A stretch of 64,000 bases of DNA, from positions 116,808 through 180,807 of the IMG/VR virus record IMGVR_UViG_3300047323_000673, one strand, 5' to 3'. Source of the stretch: a virus. The notes under the pieces are model-generated. The model did not search any database, was not told the origin of the DNA, and saw only the letters and a program-made list of their open reading frames with translations. Below are positions 45,934 through 54,917 of this stretch, piece by piece; positions within the stretch are counted from its first letter, which is position 1, and each line of letters starts with the position of its first letter. The translations under genes were made by a program, and so were the position numbers.

Positions 45934-47157
45934 ATGAATAAAGAAATCAGACAACAACATATTAATAGACTTAAATATAATCTAAACTCTTTTAAGGATT
46001 TATTAACTTCTATTAAAAGTGATAAAGAGTTTGTTCTAGAGTTAATAGGCAATTTAAATATAATGCATGATATGAAGACATTATATGATGCATTGCCCGA
46101 AGTTTTACAAAAAGATAAAGAGGTAGGATTAAAAATTGTTGAAATAAATCCGATGGCTTTACAACACCTCTCTGATAATTTTAAAGATGATAAAGATATT
46201 GTCTATAAAGCAGTAAAATTAGAACCATCTGTATTAATTTATGCATCTGAAAAATTTAGGGATGATAAAACTTTAGCTTTATATGCTACAAGCTCTTATG
46301 AATTACTTATGGATGTAACCCCAATGTTAGAAAGCTTATCAGATAGATTAAAAGATGATAAGGAAATTATTAGTCAATGTGCAAGATTACAGCCTTCTTC
46401 TTTTTTATTAGCTTCAGATAGGCTCCAAAATGATAAAGATGTGGCAAAAATAGCAGTTAGAGGTGATGGTATTTTATATAGACATCTTCCAGAACAATTT
46501 AAAAATGATAAAGAAATTGCATTAATAGCAGTAAGTCAATACTCATCCATTTATGAATCTTTACCATTAGAGCTACAAAATGATAAAGATATAGGCTTAG
46601 CAGCAGTAAGAAAGAACTATCAAGTATATGAAAGTTTAACTCCACATTTACAAAATGATGAAGATATAGCCTTAGAAGCATTAAAAGTAGACACATCTTG
46701 TCTAAATTATGCAGGAAAAGAGATATTTAAAAGTAAAATAGTCGCTTTAACTGCTTTTAAAAAAGATTCACAATTTTTACATAAATTCAGTGAAAAATTA
46801 AAAGATGATGAAGATGTAATTAAACTTGCAATTAAGCAAAATGGTTTAAATTTAGAGTATGCTTCTAGTAGACTACGCAATAACAAAGAGTTAGTGCTTG
46901 CAGCAGTAAAAAGTCAGGGTTCTTCACTATTCTTTGCATCTGATATATTAAAAAATGACAAAGAAATAGCCTTATATGCATATAAAAGATATAAGAAAGC
47001 TATGAATTATTTTGGTGAAGAACTGAAAAAAGAACTTGTTGGAGTAAAGAATATTGAAGGCTATCTGAAAGCAGCCATGTTTAAAGAAGATTTGGCTAGT
47101 GAGTTAAGTGAACAAACACAAGAAGCTACTACAAAAGCGAAGAAGATTAAAATTTGA
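45934..47157 (+). CDS. DUF4116-like repeat protein with C-terminal basic tail (KKIKI)
   Basis: DDEDVIKLAIKQNGLNLEYASSRLRNNKELVLAAV; close paralogue of 44770..45930. Confidence 0.85.
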   Translation: MNKEIRQQHINRLKYNLNSFKDLLTSIKSDKEFVLELIGNLNIMHDMKTLYDALPEVLQKDKEVGLKIVEINPMALQHLSDNFKDDKDIVYKAVKLEPSVLIYASEKFRDDKTLALYATSSYELLMDVTPMLESLSDRLKDDKEIISQCARLQPSSFLLASDRLQNDKDVAKIAVRGDGILYRHLPEQFKNDKEIALIAVSQYSSIYESLPLELQNDKDIGLAAVRKNYQVYESLTPHLQNDEDIALEALKVDTSCLNYAGKEIFKSKIVALTAFKKDSQFLHKFSEKLKDDEDVIKLAIKQNGLNLEYASSRLRNNKELVLAAVKSQGSSLFFASDILKNDKEIALYAYKRYKKAMNYFGEELKKELVGVKNIEGYLKAAMFKEDLASELSEQTQEATTKAKKIKI

Positions 47158-47167
47158 TAAAAAAGTC

Positions 47168-47196
47168 TTGCATTTATTAAAGAGTTGGGATATAAT
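47168..47196 (+). promoter_or_regulatory. Promoter of the tmRNA gene
   Basis: TTGCAT-N17-TATAAT. Confidence 0.8.
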
Positions 47197-47203
47197 CTTT
47201 TCT

Positions 47204-47532
47204 GTAGTCAGCGATGATTACAAGATTGCTGTATATCTGGTCAAGCGGAAGTGTTTCGGAAGCGGGTTCGACTCCCGCCATCTCCACCAAAAACATATTC
47301 GTTTTACACTCTCAACAAGTGTACTCCAGAAATTAGATACTGAAGTATGAGTATTTTTTTGATGGGGATGTTCTGGCTTCGACGGGGCAACAAAGTGAGA
47401 TTGGCAGCACGGTAGGCGATGACCGTAAATCAAGCAAAAATGATATCTGCAAACGATACCAACTATAGTCTCGCTGCTTAAAAACCAGTGACTATCGGGG
47501 CCTTCCAAAGCCTTGTTACCCAAGATGGAATG
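47204..47532 (+). ncRNA. ssrA: Circularly permuted (two-piece) tmRNA; tag peptide ANDTNYSLAA
   Basis: The 3' half comes first: T-arm GCGGG-TTCGACT-CCCGC and CATCTCC-A-CCA (47262..47289). After a 74-nt intervening segment, the 5' half GGGGATG-TTCTGGCTTCGAC starts at 47364 (G3:U70 pair). Tag ORF GCA AAC GAT ACC AAC TAT AGT CTC GCT GCT TAA at 47449..47481. Outer ends approximate. Confidence 0.93.
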
Positions 47533-47557
47533 AAAAAGCACCTTCGGGTGCTTTTTT
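47533..47557 (+). terminator. Intrinsic terminator of tmRNA
   Basis: AAAAAGCACC-TTCG-GGTGCTTTTTT. Confidence 0.9.
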
Positions 47558-47642
47558 CGTTTTTGCTTTAGATTTATTAAAAATTATTTGATAATTTTAA
47601 TATTATTTTATATGTTGCTCCTAAGCAATTTATGGAATAATA

Positions 47643-48386
47643 GTGAAGATAATAACGGAAAATAATGCATTTGTTTATATTTGGTATAACAAGGTTAAAA
47701 AGATGTTCTATATTGGTAAGCATTATGGGTTGCCTAATGATGGCTATATTTGTTCATCTAAGCCAATGTTAAGAGATTATAAAAAGAATCCTGAACATTT
47801 CAAAAGAAGAATTTTACAATATGTAAATGAAATAGATGGTTCACAAAGTTTAGATGCTGAAACTAAATGGCTTGCTCTCATTCCGGATGAACAATTAGGA
47901 AAAAAATATTACAATTTGAAAAAGGAGACTTTTGGGCATAATCGTGGACATAAAAAATCTCGTGTTTGGAATTCAGGGCTGTCCAAAGAACAGCAAAGAG
48001 AATATCAAGAGTTAAGAAAAAATAAATTATTTTGTCTTTTAACTGAAAAACCAAAAAGAGGAATAATCTTTAAACCTATTATTGAATATACTTGTGGTTT
48101 TTGTAAAAAAATTTTTGATAGTAAAATAAATAGAAAGTTTTGCTCAAAAAGCTGTTCTGCAAAATGGGCAAATGCTAATGGTGGTGCAGAAAGATCTAGT
48201 AAAGCAAATAAAGGCAGACTAGCTTGGAATAAAGGTCTTCCCAATGCTACTGCTGCTGCCAATGGTAAAAAAAGTGCCGCTAAACAATCTGCAACAGTCA
48301 CTGGTCGTAAATTATTTATTCGTGAAGATGGTTCAAGAACCTGGATTTACCCTAATAAGAATCTTGGCACTCAACAAGCCACCTAA
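47643..48386 (+). CDS. Free-standing GIY-YIG (Seg-like) homing endonuclease
   Basis: FVYIWYN...FYIGKH, DGYICSS, RRIL, KYYNL; CxxC pair (CGFC, CSKSC) and NUMOD-like AWNKG repeats. Confidence 0.8.
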   Translation: MKIITENNAFVYIWYNKVKKMFYIGKHYGLPNDGYICSSKPMLRDYKKNPEHFKRRILQYVNEIDGSQSLDAETKWLALIPDEQLGKKYYNLKKETFGHNRGHKKSRVWNSGLSKEQQREYQELRKNKLFCLLTEKPKRGIIFKPIIEYTCGFCKKIFDSKINRKFCSKSCSAKWANANGGAERSSKANKGRLAWNKGLPNATAAANGKKSAAKQSATVTGRKLFIREDGSRTWIYPNKNLGTQQAT

Positions 48387-48411
48387 AAAAAAGCCCTGTG
48401 TGGGCTTTTTT
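48385..48411. terminator. Bidirectional intrinsic terminator
   Basis: A-run-GCCC-TGTGT-GGGC-T-run. Confidence 0.75.
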
Positions 48412-48426
48412 CATTTCTGCTTCAAA

Positions 48427-49074
48427 TTATATTTTCGTTCTTTTACTAGGTAATTGATTTTTTGGTAAATCTTTTTGTAGTTTTTCAGATAAAATATAAT
48501 TATCAATTGCATTTTTTCTAGTATCAGGATCTTTGATTAAAAACCAGTAAGGAATAAATTGATATGATTCATCAAATATATATTCGGAATCATTCAGCAG
48601 TAAATTATATGGAGTCCAAAGGGTTAAATCTTTATTGAATTTAGCATTATCAAACATTTGAGTCATGCTTTCTACATTACTAACATTCCACTTGCTGATA
48701 TCACCATTAAATTCAGAACTAGCGAACATTCTGCCCATATCATTTACTTGAGAGACATCCCATTGTGATATATTTCCATTAAATTTTGCTTGGCTGAACA
48801 TATTAACCATATCTTTAACTTTTGATGTATTCCATTTTGAAATATCACCATTAAAGTTTGAGCGAGAAAACATTCCTACCATGTATTCAACATTAGAAAC
48901 ATCCCATTTACTAATATCCCCATTGAATTTAGAATTATAGAATAAGTAATACATATTTGTAACTTGGCTTACATCTATATGATTTAAATCACATTCATTT
49001 CCACACAGGGACATTTCTAGCTTAATTAAAGTTTTTAAATGGTCTTTATCTTTAGCAATGATTTTATGTGTCAT
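48427..49074 (-). CDS. DUF285/BspA-like repeat protein with C-terminal basic tail (KRTKI)
   Basis: Five copies of (D/N)[23 protein letters not shown]; no signal peptide. Confidence 0.85.
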   Translation of the reverse strand: MTHKIIAKDKDHLKTLIKLEMSLCGNECDLNHIDVSQVTNMYYLFYNSKFNGDISKWDVSNVEYMVGMFSRSNFNGDISKWNTSKVKDMVNMFSQAKFNGNISQWDVSQVNDMGRMFASSEFNGDISKWNVSNVESMTQMFDNAKFNKDLTLWTPYNLLLNDSEYIFDESYQFIPYWFLIKDPDTRKNAIDNYILSEKLQKDLPKNQLPSKRTKI

Positions 49075-49081
49075 AATAAAA

Positions 49082-49432
49082 TTAAACCTTTAGCTTTTTG
49101 CTATCTATATTATGACTTACATCCAACTCTTTACTTAATTCTTCAGCTTTTCTTTGTACAAATAAATCTTTAACCTCTCCAGTTATATACTTAGGATCAA
49201 TCAATTCTTCCTTTAGATTTAATTCAAAAATTAAACAATGTAAAAAATTTTTATTTTCAGAATTAAAACATGCACCATAAGCTATAACATATCTATTTTC
49301 TTGAGATAATTCATGTTTTGAAGTCAACAAATTTTTAAATTGTTCTAAATTATTTAAAATAATCGTTGCATTTATTTCAATTAAAAATAAACTAGATTGA
49401 GAAAAAAATGTTGGAAGTGCCATATGTGACAT
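49082..49432 (-). CDS. Small protein resembling the C-terminal module of the ankyrin paralogues (ends KKLKV)
   Basis: [12 protein letters not shown]...[31 protein letters not shown] aligns with YLIFELNIEK...VEKMFEIRDLNNSL of the array. Confidence 0.6.
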   Translation of the reverse strand: MSHMALPTFFSQSSLFLIEINATIILNNLEQFKNLLTSKHELSQENRYVIAYGACFNSENKNFLHCLIFELNLKEELIDPKYITGEVKDLFVQRKAEELSKELDVSHNIDSKKLKV

Positions 49433-49542
49433 AGTTAATAACCTTATATTATTAGTTATTATTATATACCAAGAAGATCATGAATGTCACCTCACAGTCT
49501 CAATATATGTTATACTTTATCTAACTTTAACAAATTCTAGAT

Positions 49543-49887
49543 ATGACAATGACTGAAACAATCAAATTTGCTCTTGCCATCAAGATACTGCGTGAGTCTC
49601 GTGGTCTATCAGCTTCTGAACTATCAATTCGTGCTGGTTTAGCTCCCTACATTGTTAGTCGTCTTGAACGAGGGAAATTAAATTTAGACTTTCTAACAGC
49701 AATGAGTTTAGCTAAAGAACTAGATATTAGTTTAGAATTATTGGCTGAAACTGCTAAGAATTTGCCACCTGAGCTATTAGAGCAAGAAACAAAGTTAATT
49801 CAAGCTCGTGAAGAAATAAAAAAACTAAAAAATGAATCAAAAGTAATTCTCAAAAATTCTCTTGAAACCAATAAAAATAAACCATAA
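49543..49887 (+). CDS. XRE-family helix-turn-helix protein
   Basis: IKILRESRGLSASELSIRAGLAPYIVSRLERGK; coiled-coil tail. Confidence 0.85.
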   Translation: MTMTETIKFALAIKILRESRGLSASELSIRAGLAPYIVSRLERGKLNLDFLTAMSLAKELDISLELLAETAKNLPPELLEQETKLIQAREEIKKLKNESKVILKNSLETNKNKP

Positions 49888-49963
49888 TTAAAATATATAT
49901 TAATTGACTAATTAATTGTGTTAAAATAATATAATATCGGATTAAACTATAAGGAAAATACTT

Positions 49964-50128
49964 ATGAAAAGTATTCATCATGGAAAAGCTGGAGCAAATG
50001 CTAAACTAAAAGGTAAGCTAACTAAAGATTTATCTTGTGGTTGCTGCACAATGCAAAATTTTAAATGGCAAGAAAAAGTAAAAGAAGCTAAGAAAGAAAT
50101 TAAGAAAGTTAATATGGAAGAAGCATGA
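49964..50128 (+). CDS. Small Cys-containing hypothetical protein (54 aa; not in ORF track)
   Basis: TAAGGA RBS; MKSIHHGKAGANAKLKGKLTKDLSCGCCTMQNFKW...; ATGA overlap with 50125. Confidence 0.65.
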   Translation: MKSIHHGKAGANAKLKGKLTKDLSCGCCTMQNFKWQEKVKEAKKEIKKVNMEEA

Positions 50129-50364
50129 TTCAACATTATCTAAAAAATTCAACAGATTATTGGGAAGTGAATACAGCAGGCACTTTACATATGATTTGGT
50201 TTGAACCTAAAGTAGCACTTAAAGTTAAGGGCAAAAAAGGCTTAACCGATATAGAAATGACTCCTGAAGAAGCAGAAAAAATGGCTTCTGAATTATTAAA
50301 TTATGCAGAATTTATTAGGGAGACAAAAAATAAGTTGCTTAATAAACAAAAGGAACAAGCATGA
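50125..50364 (+). CDS. Hypothetical protein, tandem paralogue 1
   Basis: FEPKV...MTPEEAEKMASELL, shared with 50361..50597; ATGA overlaps. Confidence 0.65.
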   Translation: MIQHYLKNSTDYWEVNTAGTLHMIWFEPKVALKVKGKKGLTDIEMTPEEAEKMASELLNYAEFIRETKNKLLNKQKEQA

Positions 50365-50597
50365 TTCATAATAGAATAAATGGTTCAGGAGATCATTGGG
50401 GAGTAAGTTACACAGGATATATTGAAGAAATGCCACTAGACTTTGAACCAAAGGTTCTTGTTCAATTGCAGGAAAAAGGTGAACAGGTTCGTGTAGGTAT
50501 GAGTCCTGAAGAAGCAGAATATATGGCGGCTGACTTATTGAAGTTTGCAGCTAAAGTAAGAGAAGGTATAAAGAATAGAGATGCTCAAGTAGAGTAA
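50361..50597 (+). CDS. Hypothetical protein, tandem paralogue 2
   Basis: FEPKV...MSPEEAEYMAADLL. Confidence 0.65.
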   Translation: MIHNRINGSGDHWGVSYTGYIEEMPLDFEPKVLVQLQEKGEQVRVGMSPEEAEYMAADLLKFAAKVREGIKNRDAQVE

Positions 50598-50599
50598 AG

Positions 50600-50623
50600 A
50601 AAAGCCTCCAACTGGAGGCTTTT
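50600..50623. terminator. Bidirectional intrinsic terminator
   Basis: AAAAGCCTCCA-AC-TGGAGGCTTTT, nearly identical to 12456..12482. Confidence 0.8.
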
Positions 50624-50630
50624 GTATTAT

Positions 50631-51038
50631 TTATCCATGCGTAAACTTTATGACAAATTCATTGTTTTGGCAATTTTTATACTTTACAAAAGAAACATTT
50701 TCAACTTCTTTTATAAGATCTTTTACATTATTGCAGTTTTGAACTTTATATTTTATAACAGCAATAGTATCTTTATTTTCTGTGCTTAATGTAAATTTAC
50801 CTAAGTCTTTATCATTAATAGCATAAGGTTCTTGAGATACTATTGGTTTCATCATCATTATATTTAAATTATGAAAATTAGCTTGAGCAATATAAAGACC
50901 ACCAATCTCATATATCATTCTTTTTATATTTATCACATCTTGATTAATTTTAACTGGTTGGGTTGATGCTCCAAAAAATGCTGCATAACTTGAAGTTGCA
51001 AATAAGCTCATAAATAGTGTAAAAATTATTTTTTTCAT
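50631..51038 (-). CDS. Exported hypothetical protein
   Basis: Classical signal peptide MKKIIFTLFMSLFATSSYA; AAGGAG RBS. Confidence 0.65.
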   Translation of the reverse strand: MKKIIFTLFMSLFATSSYAAFFGASTQPVKINQDVINIKRMIYEIGGLYIAQANFHNLNIMMMKPIVSQEPYAINDKDLGKFTLSTENKDTIAVIKYKVQNCNNVKDLIKEVENVSFVKYKNCQNNEFVIKFTHG

Positions 51039-51231
51039 ATATCTCCTTAGTTAAGTATTTAATCTTAACATAAAATTAAAAAAATATAAATTAAATTCAA
51101 AGGGATAATGAAATTTCTTTATAAAATACATTTAAATTTATGTCGGTTTTTAATTTCTGTAAAATTTTTTAACAAATTAACTATAAAAAAGGTCTTTTTT
51201 TATTGACAGATCTTGATTTCTTTCTTATAAG

Positions 51232-51606
51232 ATGTGCTCAATTGTTATAGAAGAAGACATGGATACCATTAATATTATCACCTTAGTAGCTATCATTATC
51301 GTTTTAGCATGTGTTGTGTTTCAATTTATCTTAATTGGTCAATTAAGTAAAAAGAATGAAGACTTGGCTTCAATGGTAAACAAATTAATTATGACAAATG
51401 AGGAATATAAGGCCAATTTGTCTAACATTATGGAACAAAAGGGAAGAGAGTCTGCTCAAGCAATTAGTGAAGTAGGTAAAGACATCAAATTACAGTTGTC
51501 TTACCACAAGTCATTTTTGGAAGATCAAGCTCAAAAGAACAGACAAGATATCGTGGATATCAAAGAGCGTTTAGAGTACCTTTCAACCGAAGTAAATATT
51601 GACTAA
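51232..51606 (+). CDS. Membrane-anchored coiled-coil protein
   Basis: N-terminal TM followed by heptad repeats. Confidence 0.6.
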   Translation: MCSIVIEEDMDTINIITLVAIIIVLACVVFQFILIGQLSKKNEDLASMVNKLIMTNEEYKANLSNIMEQKGRESAQAISEVGKDIKLQLSYHKSFLEDQAQKNRQDIVDIKERLEYLSTEVNID

Positions 51607-51623
51607 TTAATTGATGGGTAAAA

Positions 51624-54600
51624 ATGAGCGACACACTTTTAAATTACTTTGAGTATCTAAGAGATACAAGTAAAAATCTAGCTACATCAGGGGACTTATA
51701 TCGTTGTTTAGTCCCCAAATTTTCGAAAACACTTAAAAATGAAGTCTGCGAAGCATCCCGTAGTTTCGTAGAAAAGAATATTATTCATAGAGACTCACCT
51801 GAAGGTAAGGCTTTTTTATCTTATTTAATGCAAATTAAAAAAGAAGTAAATCGTCAAGTATATTTAGGTGTTGGTTATATTATTGGTTCATTCAACAAAA
51901 GAGTATTTGGCTCTATTGTTAATATTCCAGTTGAATTTGAAAAAGAAGACTTCTTAGGTGGTTCTTTAAAATACGAATTGAATTTTGGTGATATATCTGT
52001 CAATTATGATTTGATTTCTGCATTACTTCCTGAGTATTTTGTTAGTGAAATGGATGGAACTGCACAAGACATTCTTATGACTATTTCTCAATTTGAGGAA
52101 AAGATCAAAACTACAACTAATTTGTCTGAAATAGAGGATATGACTAAAGAGTTTATGGAGAATCTCCTGAAAACTAATAAGAATATTATCATTGAATTTT
52201 TAGATAAAGATATTGCTCATGCAGATCTTTCTGATTATAAGAAAACTGATGCAATAATTAATAAAAAAGATTGGTTTTATCGTCATGATAAATACCATTT
52301 CTTTATTGCTTATGTTCCTGATGCGATTTCAACTTGGAAAAATTTAAGTTCTTTCTGTGAAGAGATTAAAGAGAATTCTTTTAGAAGTTATGTGTTAAAA
52401 GAATTCTTTAGTAATGTTTTTAATGTTGAAGGATTTATAAAAAATGAGCAAGAAGCTCCTGTAGATTATAGTGCAATGATTAAACATCATTTACCTATTA
52501 GTTTATCAAAGAATCAATCTATCGCAGTTAATAATTGTTTTAATTCTCATATTTCATATGTTCAAGGGCCTCCAGGAACTGGTAAATCACATACTATTTC
52601 AGGTGTTATTTTAGCCAGCTTCTTACTTAATAAAAAAGTATTGGTAGTTGCTCAAAAACATAATGCATTAGATGTGGTGAAAAATAAGATTAGTAGTTTT
52701 TATGATGAAAATCTTACAGTGCCATTTATTCACTTTAATAAAGAAGACAAAGCTGCATTAAAGAGTAGCTTGATTACTATGTGTAATCAAGGTCTACCTG
52801 AAAAGAAAGATTTAGATATTTTAAATCTTCAAATTAATAAGACTGAAGAAAAGCTAAAGCAATTTGTAACTCATCTTGAAAGAAAGGTAAATAATCTTTC
52901 TGTTTCATTAAATAACTATGCGGATTTTTATGAAAAGAATGAATACATCATTCAACAAAAAGAGCTTACATTTAATAACCCTGCATATGGAGATGATTTA
53001 CCTGAAAAGTTAATTCCATTAAAAACTCAGAATATGGAATTTTTGGAAAAGGTCAGAAATATTGAGAATAAGTTTTTTGAATTCCAATGCTTAACAAAAT
53101 ATGACCACTTTGGATTAAAGCGCTTTCAAAAGCAATTTAATAATACTTTTAAACTTGGTGTCGATTTTCATATGTTAATGAAAAATCGCATGCTTACTAG
53201 TTTCTTAGAAGACTGGTTTAATCTTTCATGGTCATTAGGTAATACTGAAACCATGCGTAATAAATTAACAGAGGCACATTTCTTAAAAAGTATGCGTTAT
53301 GAAATTGCAAATATTGAAGCTGAGATATCAAAAATTCAAGCTGTTTTATTTAAGCAATATCATAAAAAGAAATTATTTGTTAGTTTATTAAATAAGGAAA
53401 CAAATTCTGAGATTCAGAAATTTGGCAAAATGCTTCATTGGACTCGTGGCGATAAAGTTTTAGAAAAAATGGAGCAAATTAACTATGAAAAACTATTAAA
53501 TGCTTTCCCAATTTGGTTATCTGAAATTAGAAATATTGGTGAGATTTTACCTAATCAAGCTGAGATGTTTGATTTAGTTATTGTTGATGAAGCATCCCAA
53601 GTTAATCTTGCCGAAATCCTTCCTATTTTCTATCGTGCAAAGCATATTTGTATTGTAGGTGATCATAAACAATTAGGTTTAAATGCAGCAGGTTTAACAT
53701 TTAGCTTAAGTAAGAAATTTGATAAGATTATTTGGAATAAATATCAGCCAAACGGAATTGATTTTGATACTGCAACTCAAAGAAACTTAACTATTACAAA
53801 AGCTTCTATTTTAGATTTACTTCGTTCAGAAGAAAATAAAGAAACATTCAAATATGTTATGTTAGATGAGCATTATCGTTCATTACCTGGATTGACTGCA
53901 TTTAATAACAAAGAGTTTTATGATAATGAATTAAAAATTATGACTGAAGTTCCTGATAAGTCATTAGTTTCATGTTTTGCAGCTATTAAAGTGCCAGGTT
54001 CAAGAGATAATAAGATTAATAAAGTAGAAGCAGAAGAGGTTGTTAACTCTATTAAGTTTGTAATTGGTAAAAAGCTTCCTGCTGAGAAAAAGACAGAACT
54101 AGCTGAGACTATAAAATTAAATAGTTTTGTTCCTGCTATACCTACAATTGGAATTATTTCTGCTGTAAGGGATCAGGTTGAGTATATCAAAGAATTATTA
54201 GAGGAATTTTCAGAAGAAGATTTTAATAAACATCGTTTAGTATGTGGAACTCCTGAAGAATTTCAAGGTGATGAATTTGATATTGTAATTATTTCTTCAA
54301 CTACTGATGATGACTCAAGAAATAACGGTCACTATGCAAATGAGAATCGTTTTAATGTTGCATCAAGTCGTTCTAGATTCTTTACCATATTCGTTTATAG
54401 TAATGTAGGTAAGATTCCTATGTATGACAGATATTTACAGCATTTTGGTTTATCAGGAAGAAAGCAAATTGCAACAGAAAATATACTTGGTTGGAATTAT
54501 AATGAGAAGAAGATTAAAACCAAATTTGATCATATGATTGGTAATTTTTTAAACGAAATTATTGAGCAGATGAATGAAGAAGGAAAAGAAAAAATTCAAA

Positions 54601-54884
54601 TCTTTAGTAATATTAAATCATGTGGTCAATCTGAATTAAGTTTTGTTTTATATAATCCCATTAACCATAAGTTCTTGGGTGTTGAGGCAACTGGAGTATT
54701 TAATTCAGAAGAACATTCAAATTCTTATGCTGATGTTCATTTAGATAGATTACATATATTAGAGAAAGCAGGTTGGACAGTTATACATACACCATATCAT
54801 TTGTGGCATAAAAATGGCGAAGTTGTTTCTAATAAAATGGAATTAGCTAGAATTAAAAGTCAAATCACGAAAGATTTGTTATAA
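51624..54884 (+). CDS. Superfamily 1 (Upf1/DNA2-like) helicase with probable C-terminal restriction-endonuclease-like domain
   Basis: VQGPPGTGKS, DEASQ, GDHKQL, LDEHYRS, TPEEFQGDEFD, NRFNVASSR; tail FLGVEATG...HILEKAGWTVI. Confidence 0.88.
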   Translation: MSDTLLNYFEYLRDTSKNLATSGDLYRCLVPKFSKTLKNEVCEASRSFVEKNIIHRDSPEGKAFLSYLMQIKKEVNRQVYLGVGYIIGSFNKRVFGSIVNIPVEFEKEDFLGGSLKYELNFGDISVNYDLISALLPEYFVSEMDGTAQDILMTISQFEEKIKTTTNLSEIEDMTKEFMENLLKTNKNIIIEFLDKDIAHADLSDYKKTDAIINKKDWFYRHDKYHFFIAYVPDAISTWKNLSSFCEEIKENSFRSYVLKEFFSNVFNVEGFIKNEQEAPVDYSAMIKHHLPISLSKNQSIAVNNCFNSHISYVQGPPGTGKSHTISGVILASFLLNKKVLVVAQKHNALDVVKNKISSFYDENLTVPFIHFNKEDKAALKSSLITMCNQGLPEKKDLDILNLQINKTEEKLKQFVTHLERKVNNLSVSLNNYADFYEKNEYIIQQKELTFNNPAYGDDLPEKLIPLKTQNMEFLEKVRNIENKFFEFQCLTKYDHFGLKRFQKQFNNTFKLGVDFHMLMKNRMLTSFLEDWFNLSWSLGNTETMRNKLTEAHFLKSMRYEIANIEAEISKIQAVLFKQYHKKKLFVSLLNKETNSEIQKFGKMLHWTRGDKVLEKMEQINYEKLLNAFPIWLSEIRNIGEILPNQAEMFDLVIVDEASQVNLAEILPIFYRAKHICIVGDHKQLGLNAAGLTFSLSKKFDKIIWNKYQPNGIDFDTATQRNLTITKASILDLLRSEENKETFKYVMLDEHYRSLPGLTAFNNKEFYDNELKIMTEVPDKSLVSCFAAIKVPGSRDNKINKVEAEEVVNSIKFVIGKKLPAEKKTELAETIKLNSFVPAIPTIGIISAVRDQVEYIKELLEEFSEEDFNKHRLVCGTPEEFQGDEFDIVIISSTTDDDSRNNGHYANENRFNVASSRSRFFTIFVYSNVGKIPMYDRYLQHFGLSGRKQIATENILGWNYNEKKIKTKFDHMIGNFLNEIIEQMNEEGKEKIQIFSNIKSCGQSELSFVLYNPINHKFLGVEATGVFNSEEHSNSYADVHLDRLHILEKAGWTVIHTPYHLWHKNGEVVSNKMELARIKSQITKDLL

Positions 54885-54885
54885 C

Positions 54886-54910
54886 AAAAAGGGCTTTCAA
54901 GCCCTTTTTT
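54886..54910. terminator. Bidirectional intrinsic terminator
   Basis: AAAAAGGGCTT-TC-AAGCCCTTTTTT. Confidence 0.85.
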
Positions 54911-54917
54911 TATATAA

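Noticed and set aside
47255-47289. Apparent tRNA gene (GGTTCGACTCC...ACCA)
   Set aside because: There is no D-arm or anticodon arm upstream. The matching 5' acceptor strand lies downstream at 47364, so this is the permuted tmRNA.
47108-47541. ORFs 47108..47350 (+) and 47218..47541 (-)
   Set aside because: They overlap the tmRNA and its promoter. WRWRESNP is the usual antisense translation of a T-arm/acceptor sequence.
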